Source of the DNA: Lama guanicoe
Lineage: Eukaryota
NCBI GenBank assembly: GCA_013239625.1
Contig: MU053487.1
Coordinates: forward strand, 701,058-765,057
Length of the DNA stretch: 64,000 nucleotides
Reading direction: 5' to 3'
The notes beneath the pieces are model-generated. The model had not been told where the DNA came from. It saw only the letters and a list, made by a program, of their open reading frames with translations, and did no database searches. This document shows, in pieces, positions 50,803-63,241 of this stretch. A program made the position numbers and the translations under genes. Within the stretch, counting starts at the first letter, position 1; each line of letters opens with the position of its first letter.

Positions 50803-51760
50803 CTATATCAGTTAGCTATTGCTGTGTAACAAACTACCCCCAAATTAAGTGGCTTAAAACACCAAGCATTTTTTTCCTTTTTCCTCCCTTCTTTCCCTCC
50901 TTCCTTCCTTCCTCTTTCTCTTTCCTTCCTTTCTTCCTTCCTTCCTCTGTCTCTCTCTTTCTCGCTCTCTTCCTTCCTTCTTTATTGAGATATACTTGAC
51001 ACATAAAAACCTGCACATACTTAATGTATACAGTGTGACAAGTTTGGACATATCATACACTTGTGATACCATTACTACCACAACAAGAGTAATAAATATG
51101 TTTAAAAAGCCAGTTTTCTTGTGTTTCCTTGTGTTCTTTTGCTTTTTATTGTTGTTGTTGTAAGCACACTTAACATGCAATCTGCCCTCTTAACAAAATT
51201 TTAAGTTTACAGCACTGTATTGTTAACTATAGGCACTATGTTGTACAGCAGATCTCTAGGACTTATTCATCTTGTATAACTGTAACTTTATATCCTCTGT
51301 CCTCTGGCAAACACCATTCTATTTAACCATTTATTTTCTTACAGTTTTTTGAGTTAGCTGAGTTCATCTGGGAGGTCCTTCTGCTTTGCATGGTGTTGGC
51401 TGGGATCACCCATGTGTCTTTATTCAGCTGGGACTTTAGCTGGGGCCAGAACGTCCAAGAGGGATTCACTGACGTGTCTGGTGCCTGAGGTCAGGTGTCG
51501 AGGATGGCTGGCAGCTGGCGAGGCCTCTCTCTTCAGGTGGTCACTCATCATTTCTTCACGTAGCTGCTGGATCTAAAAGAGTGAAAATGGAAACCATCAG
51601 GTCTTTTAAGGTCTAGACTCCAGAATTTAGGTAACATCACTTTTGCAATATTATATTGATTGGAAGAAGTCTCAGGGCCAGTGTCAAGTTTAGGTACTCC
51701 TGATGAGGGGAGTACCATAGTATCTTGGGATGGGTGGATTGCTGGCTGCCATGGATCATG
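50803..51760 (-). mobile_element. MLT1-type LTR interrupted by an L1 3' end (~50870-51325) whose tail is a TC-rich repeat
   Basis: tatcagttagctattgctgtgtaacaaactacccccaaattaagtggcttaaaac resumes at ccatttattttcttacag (~51328); the insert has (TTCC)-like tract 50870-50985 then L1 3'UTR antisense (tgttgtacagcagatctctag). Confidence 0.75.
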
Positions 51761-54008
51761 GCAGGAGATCTACTGCAGCTGCACACTTATCCTCGTGGTC
51801 GATGTGGAAAGCAAGGTTCAGTCGAACCCTGTCGTGGCTGAGGTCACTCAAGAAAACGGAAGGGGCCCACAGAGGGTTTGAAGGCACTGCCAGCTCTCAG
51901 GGGCTATGTTCCCACTGAAAGCCATGACTTTTTTTTTTTTTTTTGCCAGAAAATCTGCCAGTCCTGGCTCAAGGAAGAGCAAGTAAAAGCTGCATGCTTG
52001 GTTCTAGACAGCACATTTTATTTACCTCTGAGGAGGCTAGAAATGGAATGCCATCAGGATTTGGAAACATTTCTTTAAATTTGATGCACCTGAATTCAAA
52101 GGCAAGTAATGAATTTTGCTTCATCAGTAAAGCTTCAATCTCCTTGATGAGCATATGCAACAAAGACAGAAAACAAAAGGCATGCGGTTACCATGGTGAT
52201 GGCTAATTGTGGTGGATCCACATATATTTGTTCACAGTAAGACAAATAACACTCTGGTAGACTAAAGTGCTAAGATACAGAAAGTATTGTTCTGTTTAAA
52301 ATGTTTTGAAAATACAGTCTGCTCTTATTAAAAGAACATTAAAAATATTAGCAAATTAAATATTGTTCACTGGTGAAGAGGAAAAGAAAATCATTTTTTC
52401 CCCAAAGCTGTTTGAGAATCTGGTTTAGGACTATGGTGTGAAGGGTTGATAGGCTGTGTACTCGAGAGAAATTTGAAACGGAGCATGGATCTTTGGGGTC
52501 CTTCTGTCTCCTTCTCAGTAGCCCTTTTTAAGCTGGCATCCTCTTTCCCAGATGCTGAGACACCTCCTCAGTAACTGGCACCGTGGGAGGAACTACAGGG
52601 AAGACAGAGGCGGACCCTGCCTGTCAGGAAAAATACCAACCTGAACTTTACCGTTGTACCCAGGAGGCCTTGACACCTGCCAGCTTTGGGCAGACATTTT
52701 CCCTCTGTGAAGTTGATAAAAGCTCTAACACAAATAACACTTTCAACGGGTAGTTACAGGAAGTATCATTCTGTTTAAAATGTTGTGAAAAATCACAGTC
52801 AGCGCTGTGAGACTTCATCTCCTCATATGTAAAATGGGGAGACTGTGTACCTTGAGTAAGACAATGGATATCAAGCATCTGGAACATAGCAGTGGTTTAA
52901 TGTTGATGATATTAGAAAAAGCCAGTGCACGTGAAGCAGTGGTGGAGTCAGGGAGACGCTTTAGTGATGTGCTGCCTGGTGGTTTGGACTCCAAGTTGTG
53001 AAGAAATTCAGAAAAGGAGGTCAGCTTCCTAAATAAGGAGAAGCTTGAGCTGGGCATATTAGGGGCAAGAAAGCTGTTGTCAGAAGGCATCTTAGGAGGG
53101 AAGGCATGGAGGCAGAACTAGGCACGTTGGTGGGCAGTAGGGACCATAAATGATTTGCATGAACAAAATGGTGACTAGTGTTGGAGTCTTATGGAGGGAC
53201 CATGAAACCCAGACACAGGAAGGAGTATCCTTAGCAAGGAGACTTAAGCTCTGAATGCCCTTAGGAACCTGCATTATCTTCCCAATTATTTTGAATTTGC
53301 GTGATGTACCTTCCCCTACCCCTGGAATCATTCTCAGTTTCCTTTTCTCTCTCTCTTTCCAAATCACACTCTCATCTTCACTCTATAGTGTGCTGTTTAC
53401 TTCCAAGTGCAATTAAAGGACTGGGCCAAAAAGCAAATGGAGCACATCTTGCCAACTCTACCTGCAAAATGCATTACATTTGCTTAACTGACTCAGATTT
53501 GGAACGACCTGAAAAGGAAAGGGCAATAGTGTTTGGGTGGTGACAGCACCATCCATTACCTTACTGGGTGTCAAGAAAGGGAGCCAGTGGAACTATTTGA
53601 GGAAGGATGAACCATGAAGCAAACAGTGATTCAAGATGAATAATAATTCCTCATTCCTGTGTTGTGATTTACAAGTGCTTAGAACGCTCTCACAGCCAGT
53701 AACTCACATAATTTTTAGGACAACCCTATGAGGTTGTTAAAGTAAATGTTGTCCTTATTTTACACGTGACGGAGCTGAAATAGGAAGAAAAGAGGGCTTG
53801 CCTGAAGTTACATGGCAGGTAAATGGAGATTCAGGATGTTATGCCATCCATCAAACATCTGTTTGGTGTTTACTGCTCCCTTCACCCCCGTCCTGGTAGG
53901 GGACTGGTAGGTGCTGCATTAGAGATTGAGTAGTTGAGAAGGCTAGTTAAAAGGCTTTTTTCATGAGCAAGACATGAGGTGAGAAGGGACTACGCGATTC
54001 TAGACCTT

Positions 54009-54626
54009 TGTTACCAAACTCAGTCAGCTTCAGCAGCTCACCACTTGAAAGCCAATACTCAAGAGACATGTGTTGGTTGGAAAGGAAAGGTTGCTTTATT
54101 CAGGACGCTGGTATCCTGAGGAGAAGGTGGGCTTCCTGCCTAAGAACCCACTCCAAAGATTCTACTCAATCATGAAAGTTTTTAAGGGGAGAAAGAGAGA
54201 GTTAATTACAGTTAATCATTTGGAGAGAGGGTTGGAGTCTTATCTTCCACTGTGTGCAGACTTTCTTCTGATTGGTTGATGGTAAGGGAACAGGGTGGTG
54301 TTCCAGAGTTCCTGTGTTTAGCGTGAAGGTACCATCCTCCACTTGGGTGGGGGTTGGGTTCTCCTGCAGGAGAACTCAGATATATTGTTAGGTATATCCC
54401 TTGAGGAGGAATCAGGATCCTGCTTTACCACTGCACTATTGTTTCTTGACTACTCCTTTGTTTCTGCATTCCCTTCCTTCCCTGGTAATTAACTATTTAA
54501 ATCTGCCCTTTGGAACTCAGGGAAGGTCTGGGAGGCTGTATGAAGCTTATTTCCTACAAACAAGAAATGGGGGACATGGAAGGGCTTTGTATTTAGAAGG
54601 GCCCCAGAGGGTCCTGCTCAGTTTCA
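54009..54626 (-). mobile_element. Solo ERV1-type LTR
   Basis: TG...CA termini; minus strand starts tgaaactgagcaggaccc; minus-strand AATAAA near 54095 and CCAAT near 54271; ~620 bp; no clean TSD. Confidence 0.75.
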
Positions 54627-54629
54627 CAC

Positions 54630-57540
54630 TCTCTCTCATGACCCTGTGGGCACTGTTTCTCAGCCTCCTCTCTGGCACTCTTTCTTTTGCTCAGTCTTTA
54701 AGTATCATCATCTCCCAGTGTTTGCTACTGTCTCTCTTCTCACTCACTTTCCATGGATAATGCCATATCCACCATGACTTTAGCATCCATTCTAAATTCC
54801 CATCCCCAGCTGGACCCATCACCCAAGATCAAGATCCATTCAAGGACATTCTCTTGACTCATAAATCTCACCCTTTCTCTTTGTCTCAGGAATCATATAC
54901 TATCCTTTATTCTTTCTCCCCTGAATTCCAATTTGAGTGAATCCTTCACATTAATATTTAAAATGCTCAAATTTCTCCCACTAAGAAATTAAAACAAAAG
55001 ACCTCCTCCCCACATTTTCTTTGAATGTACTTCCCTCTGCAACTGTAGCCCTATTTCTCCTCTCTCCTTCACATACAAGCTTTTCTAGAGCATATTGTGT
55101 CCTGGCTGTCTCCATTTTTCATTTCCCATCCACATTTGTCCTTGGATGGCTTCAAGGGTCCTCAACCATAACATGTACAAAAGTGAACTCATAATTATTC
55201 ATTTCCAATATGGTGCTCCTCTAGTGTTCCCCATCCCAGTGAATGGATTCTCAGTAAATGGACTCTCAGTAAATCTGAGTCAAAAACTTCTACATGTCTT
55301 TCTTGAGTATGCCTGCCTTGCACCGCACATCCCATTCCAGCCATCACCATTACCTTCCATATAGCTCTAAAACCCACCTACTTTGCCTGATTTCCACTAC
55401 AGCCACCAAGTTGTTGTCTCTTGCCTGATTATGAAAAAATCTTCTAACAGTTCACTTTTGTACCCTCAATTCATTTCTACACTAAACTGAAGTAACCTTT
55501 GATCATCAAATTCTCTGCTGAAAGCACTTCAGTATTTCAAAGTACTCTATGAATAAGTAAAAGTCCTTAACGTGGCTCTCCCGCATTATTTGTGTCTTGC
55601 CTGCCTCTGCAGCCTCCTCTCACTCTGTTCTCTTCATTCTTTCCACTCTAGCTCCTTCTCACCTCAAGGGTTCTGCATGCTTTCCCCCTTCACATAGAAT
55701 TCTGTCCCCACTCCTCACTTATTTAACTCTTCCTTGTCTTTGCAAACGCAGCTTAAAGGTTGCTTCACAGAGAAGTGTCCCTGATCTACCATATGTGGTC
55801 TTGTTACCAAGGCCTTTGCCCCAGAATCATACCCCTGCCCCTCCCTCAAATAGAAACCAGTTACTCTTATCTAAGTTTCAGGAGGGATCTGTAAAGAGAA
55901 GAAAACAAGAACTGGTTAGAACCAGCTAGGTCAAAGATGGTGGAAGATTTGACTTCCAGAAGACCTTGAGCTTCATTATACACTCATTGTAACACATTAG
56001 CTGCTAAATGACACACCCACACCCACCAGCACCATGACTGTTGGCAGTTGCCATGACAAGAACTGGAAAAGCCCATACAAGGCCTGAAAAGGAGAGTTGC
56101 ATCAGTTCTGAGTCCAAATCACACCCCTGTTCTTGGATAATTCATGAGTGCTCTATAATTCTCTCACTTTTACCTCCACCCTCCTATATATTTGGTGTCT
56201 CCATCTGAATTGGGTTGAGAAGTTGATTTGCACACTAGGTTCTTTCCTCTCCATTCTTTGACCATTGAATAAAACTTGTGCTGTTCCAGTATCAGCATTG
56301 GTTTCATCATTGGCTGTACAAATCCAATCAGAAAAAGAACCTCTGTGGCCTAGACAGGGGGTCTCAGGTGGGCTAGGACCCTGGCGTGGGTCCAGTTGAC
56401 CTATTTGGTAATAGCCTTCCGTTCATATGCCTTCATAGTTCTGGTTTTGTTCTCCGTGGAGCCCTTTGCACAGTTTGCAGTTGTGTATGTATGTGATTGT
56501 TTAATTACTAATGGTCCTCTGCAGTTGACTGCATGATCCATGAGGGGAAGGACAGGTGACTGTTTTGACTTACATTGGATCCCAAGACCTAGCAGACTGC
56601 CTGATATATAACAGGCACTTGACAGATATTTGTTGAATATGAAATATAACACCTAGATGTTGGTCATTTTCACATGAACGAATATCTTGAAGCCATGCCT
56701 CCACCTGAACTTAGTATTTCTCCCTTAACCTGTGCCCCTCCCTTCTTACCCTGGACTTCCCCATTTAAGTGAGTGGCCTAGCCATTCACCCAGTCACTCT
56801 ACTAGAAATTTCTGGCTCATCCTTGATTCCTCCATGTACCATCACATGTAGTCACTAAAGTCCTAGAGATTCCAGCTCCTTAGTAGCTCTTGTATGTGTG
56901 CCCTCCTCCTGAACCCCACCCTTCCTGTCTTAGTTAAGCAGTTCTTTTCCTTGAAGTATTGTAACAGTTTCTAATTTGTGTCTGACCTCATCTGCCTTCC
57001 ACTTTCTAAAATACTAATATGCATAATGTTTCCTTTCCAAAGTTTCAGTGGTCTTCTGTTTGGGTGAAAGATAAAATCTAAACCCTTAGCCTTCCTCTCA
57101 TGATGATTGTTGCCAACAAGTCCAGAGGCTCCTCTTCCTCTTTTCCCGTCCTGTCCTCCCTCCCTTTGTTTCTGACACAAGAATGCTCTTCCTATGGTCC
57201 TCAGATGTTGCCAGGCTTCCTGGCAAGAATGTGTTCTGTTCATGTTCTTCATTCTTTCTGGTCTGACCTCCTTGTCCTCCTAGCAGATGTTTTCCTGTCC
57301 TTCTAGCTCAGCTACCTGACATCATCTCTCCCTGGAAAAGCCTTTCTTGCACTCCACTCCCCCCCACCCCCCGCCCCTCTGTTAGGCATATCGCACACTA
57401 CTTCTTTTAGATTCCCTCAAACACTTTTTATACCTCTGTTGTAAAAATAAGTACCTATTTCTGAGTTTGGATTCCCAGTAGAAGAGTATCTGTAATGCTT
57501 AGCACAGTCATGCCTGGCTGGCACTCAGTAAATGATCTTC
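54630..57540 (+). mobile_element. L2 LINE fragments interrupted by an LTR
   Basis: CT-rich L2-like sequence with L2 3' termini (cctagcagactgcctgatatataacaggcacttgacagatatttgttgaat ~56590-56640; gcttagcacag...cactcagtaaatg ~57500). Confidence 0.6.
55802..56413 (+). mobile_element. Solo ERV1 LTR, MER41-like
   Basis: Termini tgttaccaa/ttggtaata (inverted, 1 mismatch), near-TSD gtct/gcct, cccaccagcaccatgac...gccatgacaa block typical of MER41, TATA-like element ~56183, AATAAA 56268-56273. Confidence 0.8.
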
Positions 57541-59864
57541 GAAAATATATATATATATGTATATGTTTTCATCAAATGAGGTAATTGGTTATCAGGCACA
57601 GGAATCCACCTGCTTAAGACTAATTTATGTAAATAGGATTTATGGGAAGGTTCCTGGGAAATCTCATGAAACCCAATTGTAGGCAGTTAAGCTGGGCTTT
57701 ACACAATATTAGAATTTGTTACGTAGCTTCTCTCTTTATTTCTCTTTCTCTGGAGCTTCATTCTTTCCTGTCTGCTCCTCTCTGCACATCTTCTCTCATC
57801 TCCTCTTGGGTACCACTTTCTCTGCAAAGCTCTCCATCTCTGAAGCTCCATGACTTTGGCCTACACCCAGCTTGGGTCATGTGTCTGCCCTTGACACATG
57901 CTGCAGTGCCAACATCTGACCTTCAACAGCCCCTATGTCTCAGTACAAATTATCTGGGAAAGTTCTTGGTTCTTGGCCAGCCAGTGGGGTGGCTAGCTTT
58001 GAAGCAGTTCTCTTCACTGTTGCTAAAGGGAAAAGTCACTTGGCTTGAAGCTATTGATTGGAGTGGAGTCTCCGAGAAAGGACGTAGAAGGGGCACGAAG
58101 ATGGATTGACTGCTAAAGCTGGAACAAAATCATAGTTTTGTGATTTGCTTATCAGGACTACTGCAGCTGGGAGGGATGTGAATGGCTGAAGCCATGAACA
58201 GTCAGTTCTCCAAGCCTTCAGTGTCCCAGAGAGTCTGATGTCGACCATGGCCCTCTACTAACCCCAGCTCCTTCATTGCATCTCCAGCCTCAGTGTCTTT
58301 CAACTCAGCCAAAGAGCCTCATACATAAGACATCAGATAGAAATCAACTGGTAACTCAGCAAGGGTAGAACTCAGCTTTCAGGTGCTTGTTTGATCCACT
58401 TTTGTTTGCACAAAAGTGATTCTGGGCAAATAGCATGCTTTGTCCTGAACTGTCATTTCTGGAGGGAGTAGCTCTAACTGCAACTACGAGAGAGATGGGC
58501 TTTAGACTCAGGCTGAGCCTTCCATTCTCCAGCTCTTCCCCAGGGAATTACTTTCACGGATTTGAAAGTATCAAGAAGTGGCTTAGAGTAGAAAGACCAC
58601 AGCTGGGAAGTCAGAGAGGGTTCTGTTTCATATTTATCTACAGTCTTTGCATGCTTCTACTTTCCCTTCACTGATTATTCAGAGCAATTTCCTAGGGAAC
58701 ACATTTAGAGAGCTGAGTTTTCTAGGCCCATTTTGGGCTTATGAAGCAAACAAGTCCCAGGCTACCTCTTTTATTGCCTCCAACCAGCAAACTAGTGTAT
58801 TTTTTAACTTAGGGCATCCTGAGTCTCTGGGCCATCAGATAAGAAAAAAAATGGTTTGTTTGTGAGGTCTGGATGTGGCGAGATTGACGTTGCCAAGTCC
58901 TATTTGGACATTTGGATATAGTACTTGAAATTCAGTTAAAGAAATTGCTTTTTGGATATTATTTAGACATCTAGGGGCAGGAGAATCAGGCTGAAAAGAA
59001 TTAACTTTTTAGGGAAAATTTTGAAACCTCCCAGGCTCAGTATCTTTCTTTATGAACTGTGGACCATAAGGAGTATGTTTTGGACATGGTAGTTGTAGTA
59101 AATAGTTGGTTGAAGAAGGTAAAGTCTGCTGCTGTTCCTCTGACTGTCCCTGGTAGTAAATGTGGTACAAGATGTGCTGATTCCCAGGACCCCAGAGGGC
59201 TGGTGAACACTCTGATGTAGAAGTTTGAAATTTGATGATCTCCAAATTGTAGGCAAAAACTGAGCCTATTTGGGTGCTACACCTGTACTCACAATGTTCT
59301 GTGGCCATATAGGTAGACTGAACTCTACCTAGGAGTTAAGCAAAAGGAATTTAAGCAGGTTTTATTTGTAATTAAAAAAATTTCTTGCAATATAGCTCAG
59401 AAATTTTAATATGGTAATAATACCTATTAAATCTGGAGGTGTGTATAATATGTGGTACTTACCAAGTTTGTCATGTGATAACAGCCTTTTCCTCTCTTGG
59501 ATTTTAGTAGAACATCTATTGAGGCTGTCATTATATGAAACACAGATACAACTGTATAACAATTGAGTTCAGTAAATACTGTTGAGCATTGTTCATGTAC
59601 ACAGCACTGTTAAGTATTATAGGAGATGGAGACAGCCTTTGTGTACTAGTCAGTACTCCTTCCACTGTAAGAGATTAAGATGATTAATTTTAGCTAGATT
59701 AAGTAAAAAATGGAATATATTGACTCATGGAACTTGGAAGACCAAGGAGTGGTCTGGCTTTAGGTGTAGCATGATCAAGGTGTTCAGATGACATTGTTGG
59801 ATTTCTGTATTTCTTGTCTTTTCTTGGTATCACTATGAGACAGGCTCTATTCATGCACCAACTG

Positions 59865-60290
59865 CCTTAAGCTGTGTTCCCAGGAAACACTCTTGAATAG
59901 AGAGTGGCATAAAGATTTATTGGGCAGAGCTCTTGGGAATTATAGCTGTAAGGAAGTGAGAAAGCTATGACTGGGCAGAGGAAGATGCTGACCCCTGAAG
60001 AGGTTACAGCTGGTGCCTTGGCTAATTCCACAAGAAGCTCTAGAACACTTCAGAGTTGTCTCCAAGTTGACGCAAAGAGTCTATGCCATTGTATCCCTCT
60101 ATTAGCAGATCATTGGTTATGGGCCACTCTCTGGGAGGGAGCAAACTTTGATGAAGTGTTTCTCGGTAGCAGATAGCAATTCCTGGTGACAGACACAGCT
60201 CTGAGCCATCAGGAACCAACACTCTTGCAGTTGGGGAGATAAGTGGCTTGGCCTGAAAAGGGGTAGCTGGACAGAGCACATGGGTCCACT
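59865..60290 (-). mobile_element. ERVL LTR16-like LTR within older MaLR-like sequence
   Basis: gttcccaggaaacactc...gatttattgggcagagctcttggga...gactgggcagaggaagatgctga; similar to 11520-11915. Confidence 0.5.
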
Positions 60291-60929
60291 ATAAAGTCAC
60301 CCAATGTGGTGCTGCCAGCTCAAGCCTGAACTTTCTTACTGTTCCAGAGAGAGACTTTCTTTTCAGGTGATTTTTGTGGAAAGGGAATTTCATTATCCAG
60401 CCTAGGTTCTTACTGCCCCTGTGATGGAGGAGGTGGAGGTCATGTGGTTGATCCATCATATGAGGGAGGGGCAAACCCCAAAAGGTACACTTAACTGCAT
60501 AGACAAAAAAGGGAACCAATGTCAACTATAGCCTTCCAAATCTTACTGTACCAGCGAATGAGAGGGCATGTTCACAATGATCAGTAATAGTGCAAAAGGT
60601 TTTATGGCAGATGCTTCTAAAAAGTATGACCTGGGGCCACTTAGTCTTCTTGTTTATTGGTTAAGATGGAGAAAGAAAATTGTTTCTAATTTACATTTGC
60701 ACTTACTACTAAATCTTTAGTATACATTTTAATTTTGAAGATAACTCTACATATATCATTGTGTGGGCTGGTCTGTTTTAATTAAAAATGTGTTTAGAAA
60801 AGACGAGGTAAAAAGTTACATAAATTGGAATAATTTCCAACCTAATGTACATAGAAGTACTCTTCTGTGAATATTGTTCTCTAACTTCGTCCATTATTTA
60901 TCTAAAGGTTTATGTTTCTTTATTAATAA

Positions 60930-61155
60930 TGATATTCTTGCTCATACTTGTTGAATACTTACTATTTGCCAGACACTCAAATAAGCAGTTGATAATCATC
61001 ATCAATCAGTCTTTACAACAACCCTAACGTAAGTACCATTAGTTTCCCCTTTTTACAGATAGAGGAACTGAGGTTAAGTGAAATAAAGTAATTTTTCCAA
61101 TATCTTACAAGTAAATGAGATTTAACTCTAAAACCTGGTGCTTAACGCCCCTGCT
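60930..61155 (-). mobile_element. MIR SINE
   Basis: ttgaatacttactatttgccagacact...ccccttttacagatagaggaactgagg. Confidence 0.75.
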
Positions 61156-61549
61156 GTGTTGCCTTATTACTAAAGTTGACATTTTTTAAATTAGATCTTT
61201 TCAAAACTAGTTCTTTCTCTAGTTGGAAACTTACTTCATTGATTCTTATATGGTGAATTAAAGGATTTGAAATGGGAAAATATAACAAAATTGTATCCTT
61301 TAAGTTATTTCATGAGATGTCTTTATCTGTGTAGCAATCATGCCTTTAATATTTTAGCATTAAAATTGGTTTTACAAATAATATTACAAGAAGATGAAAA
61401 GTGACAGAGACTAAAAAGTTAATCCTTGATACTACCACCCTTCAACTATATTTCTCTTTGTGTTTCCTCATAGGTTTGGTCCATAGGAAGATACTAGTTT
61501 TATTTACCTCAACCCATGGCAAAGCTATATATATAGTGAACCATGTGGA

Positions 61550-62760
61550 ATTTTCAATATTTGACCATTTTTTCCTTAAAAAAATTTTTATATGGTTCAG
61601 GCTAATGTTTTTCAGCTTTAAATGTGGTACTTTGTATTAACATTTTTCATGTTGCTAGGTAGACTTCATAATTGTCACTTCAATGACTGCCCAATATTCC
61701 ATCAAGTAAAAGTTTACTTAAACATTCTTTGTCTTGTTGACCTTTGTTTTTTTACTATTGTAAATGAATATCTTCATACAAAGACATTTCTCTCTCCTTT
61801 GGGTCATTTCCTTGGGACAAATTCCTAGTGATGGAATTACTGGATCCAAGAAAATTAATATTTTATGTTTTTTGATATTTATAGTTAAATTGCTTTACAA
61901 ACAAAATCTATTTAAATTGCACTGAACAGTGTATAAATATACTAGCTTCATCAGAACCTGATTAGCCTTGAGTATTATCTTTATTTTCGATAATATAATA
62001 GGTGTAAAATGGTACTTAATGAATATTTTAATTTGTTTTTCTTTGATCACAGCAAGGTGGAGCATTTCTGCATGTTTGTTTACTAATTTTAATTCCTACT
62101 GCATAGATGATCAGATCGTATTTTTTGTTCATTCGTCTATTGAGCATCTTATTTTTATAATTGTGCATTTTATATAGTATAGATATTTACCCTTTATCTT
62201 TCTTTTAAAAGTATTTTAATCTCTTGTTTTTCCCTTAGTTTTCATTACATTATTTTAGAGGCTACAAAATAAATATTTTATAGCATTAAATCTGAATTTT
62301 TCCCATTAGTGAAAGGTTGGCAGATTTGGATTCCTGTATATATTTAAACATGTTGAATTTTATTCTTTGCCACATCTTACAAGGTTTAAAAATATTTACT
62401 GTTTTTGTGGCCTAAATTTTATTTTCATTTACATGTAAGCTGAAGATATAAACTAATTTTATTTTAAATTAGCTACTCAGATATCCCCAAACTATTTCTT
62501 AAATCAGTCTTCTTTTTTCCCCATCATATAGTGATGTTTCCTCTAAGAATGTAAAAAATGTTTAATGTGATAGTGTCATTTCTGGAGCATTTATTTGGCT
62601 CCAGTTTTTTTTTTATGGTGCCAGATGTATTTTAATACCTAACAGGATGGTCTCCTCTGATGATTTTCACATTGAGACTGTCTTAAATATTTCCCTCCCT
62701 AGTTTTGTCCCTAATTTTTTCTTCTTAGACTAATTTCATAGTACTTAACAATTTCATAAT
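61550..62760 (-). mobile_element. Ancient degraded L1
   Basis: atttccttgggacaaattcctagtgatggaattactggatc and taggtgtaaaatggtactt are L1 antisense motifs. Confidence 0.6.
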
Positions 62761-62780
62761 TTGGTCAGGTTTAAAAATAG

Positions 62781-63241
62781 TGTTTGGTTTTCTTTTGCTG
62801 CTGTAACAAAATAATACCACAAACTTCACAGCTTAAAACAACACAGATTTATTACCTTACGGTTCCATAGACCGGAAGTCTCACTTGGTTCGAGTCAAGG
62901 TGTTGGCAGGGCTGCATTCCTTTCTGCAGGCTCTAGGGGACAGTTGGTTTTCTGGCCCTTTCCAGCTCCTAGAGGCTGCCCTTATGCCTTGTTCTCTGTC
63001 TTCAAAGGTGAAAATGGCGCATTCTCTGACTGTTTCTCATTCTGAGCACAGGCAGAAAATATTCTCCAATTTAAAGGACCGATATGATTAGACTAGGCTC
63101 TGGATAATCCAGGATAATTCCCCTCGTTACACAGTCTTCACCCTTAATCACATTGGTAAAGTCTACCATGTAAGGTAACGCATTCAGAGGTACTGGGATT
63201 AGAATGCAGACATATTTGGGGGGCCATAAGTTTGACTACAA
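62781..63241 (-). mobile_element. MLT1C/D-type MaLR LTR
   Basis: gctgctgtaacaaaataataccacaaact...tcaaggtgttggcagggctgcattcctttctgcaggctctagggg...gggattagaatgcagacatatttggggggcc. Confidence 0.85.

Noticed and set aside
51760..51900. Slightly CpG-rich stretch that looked coding
   Set aside because: None of the frames I translated resembles a known protein and there is no convincing splice-site pair.
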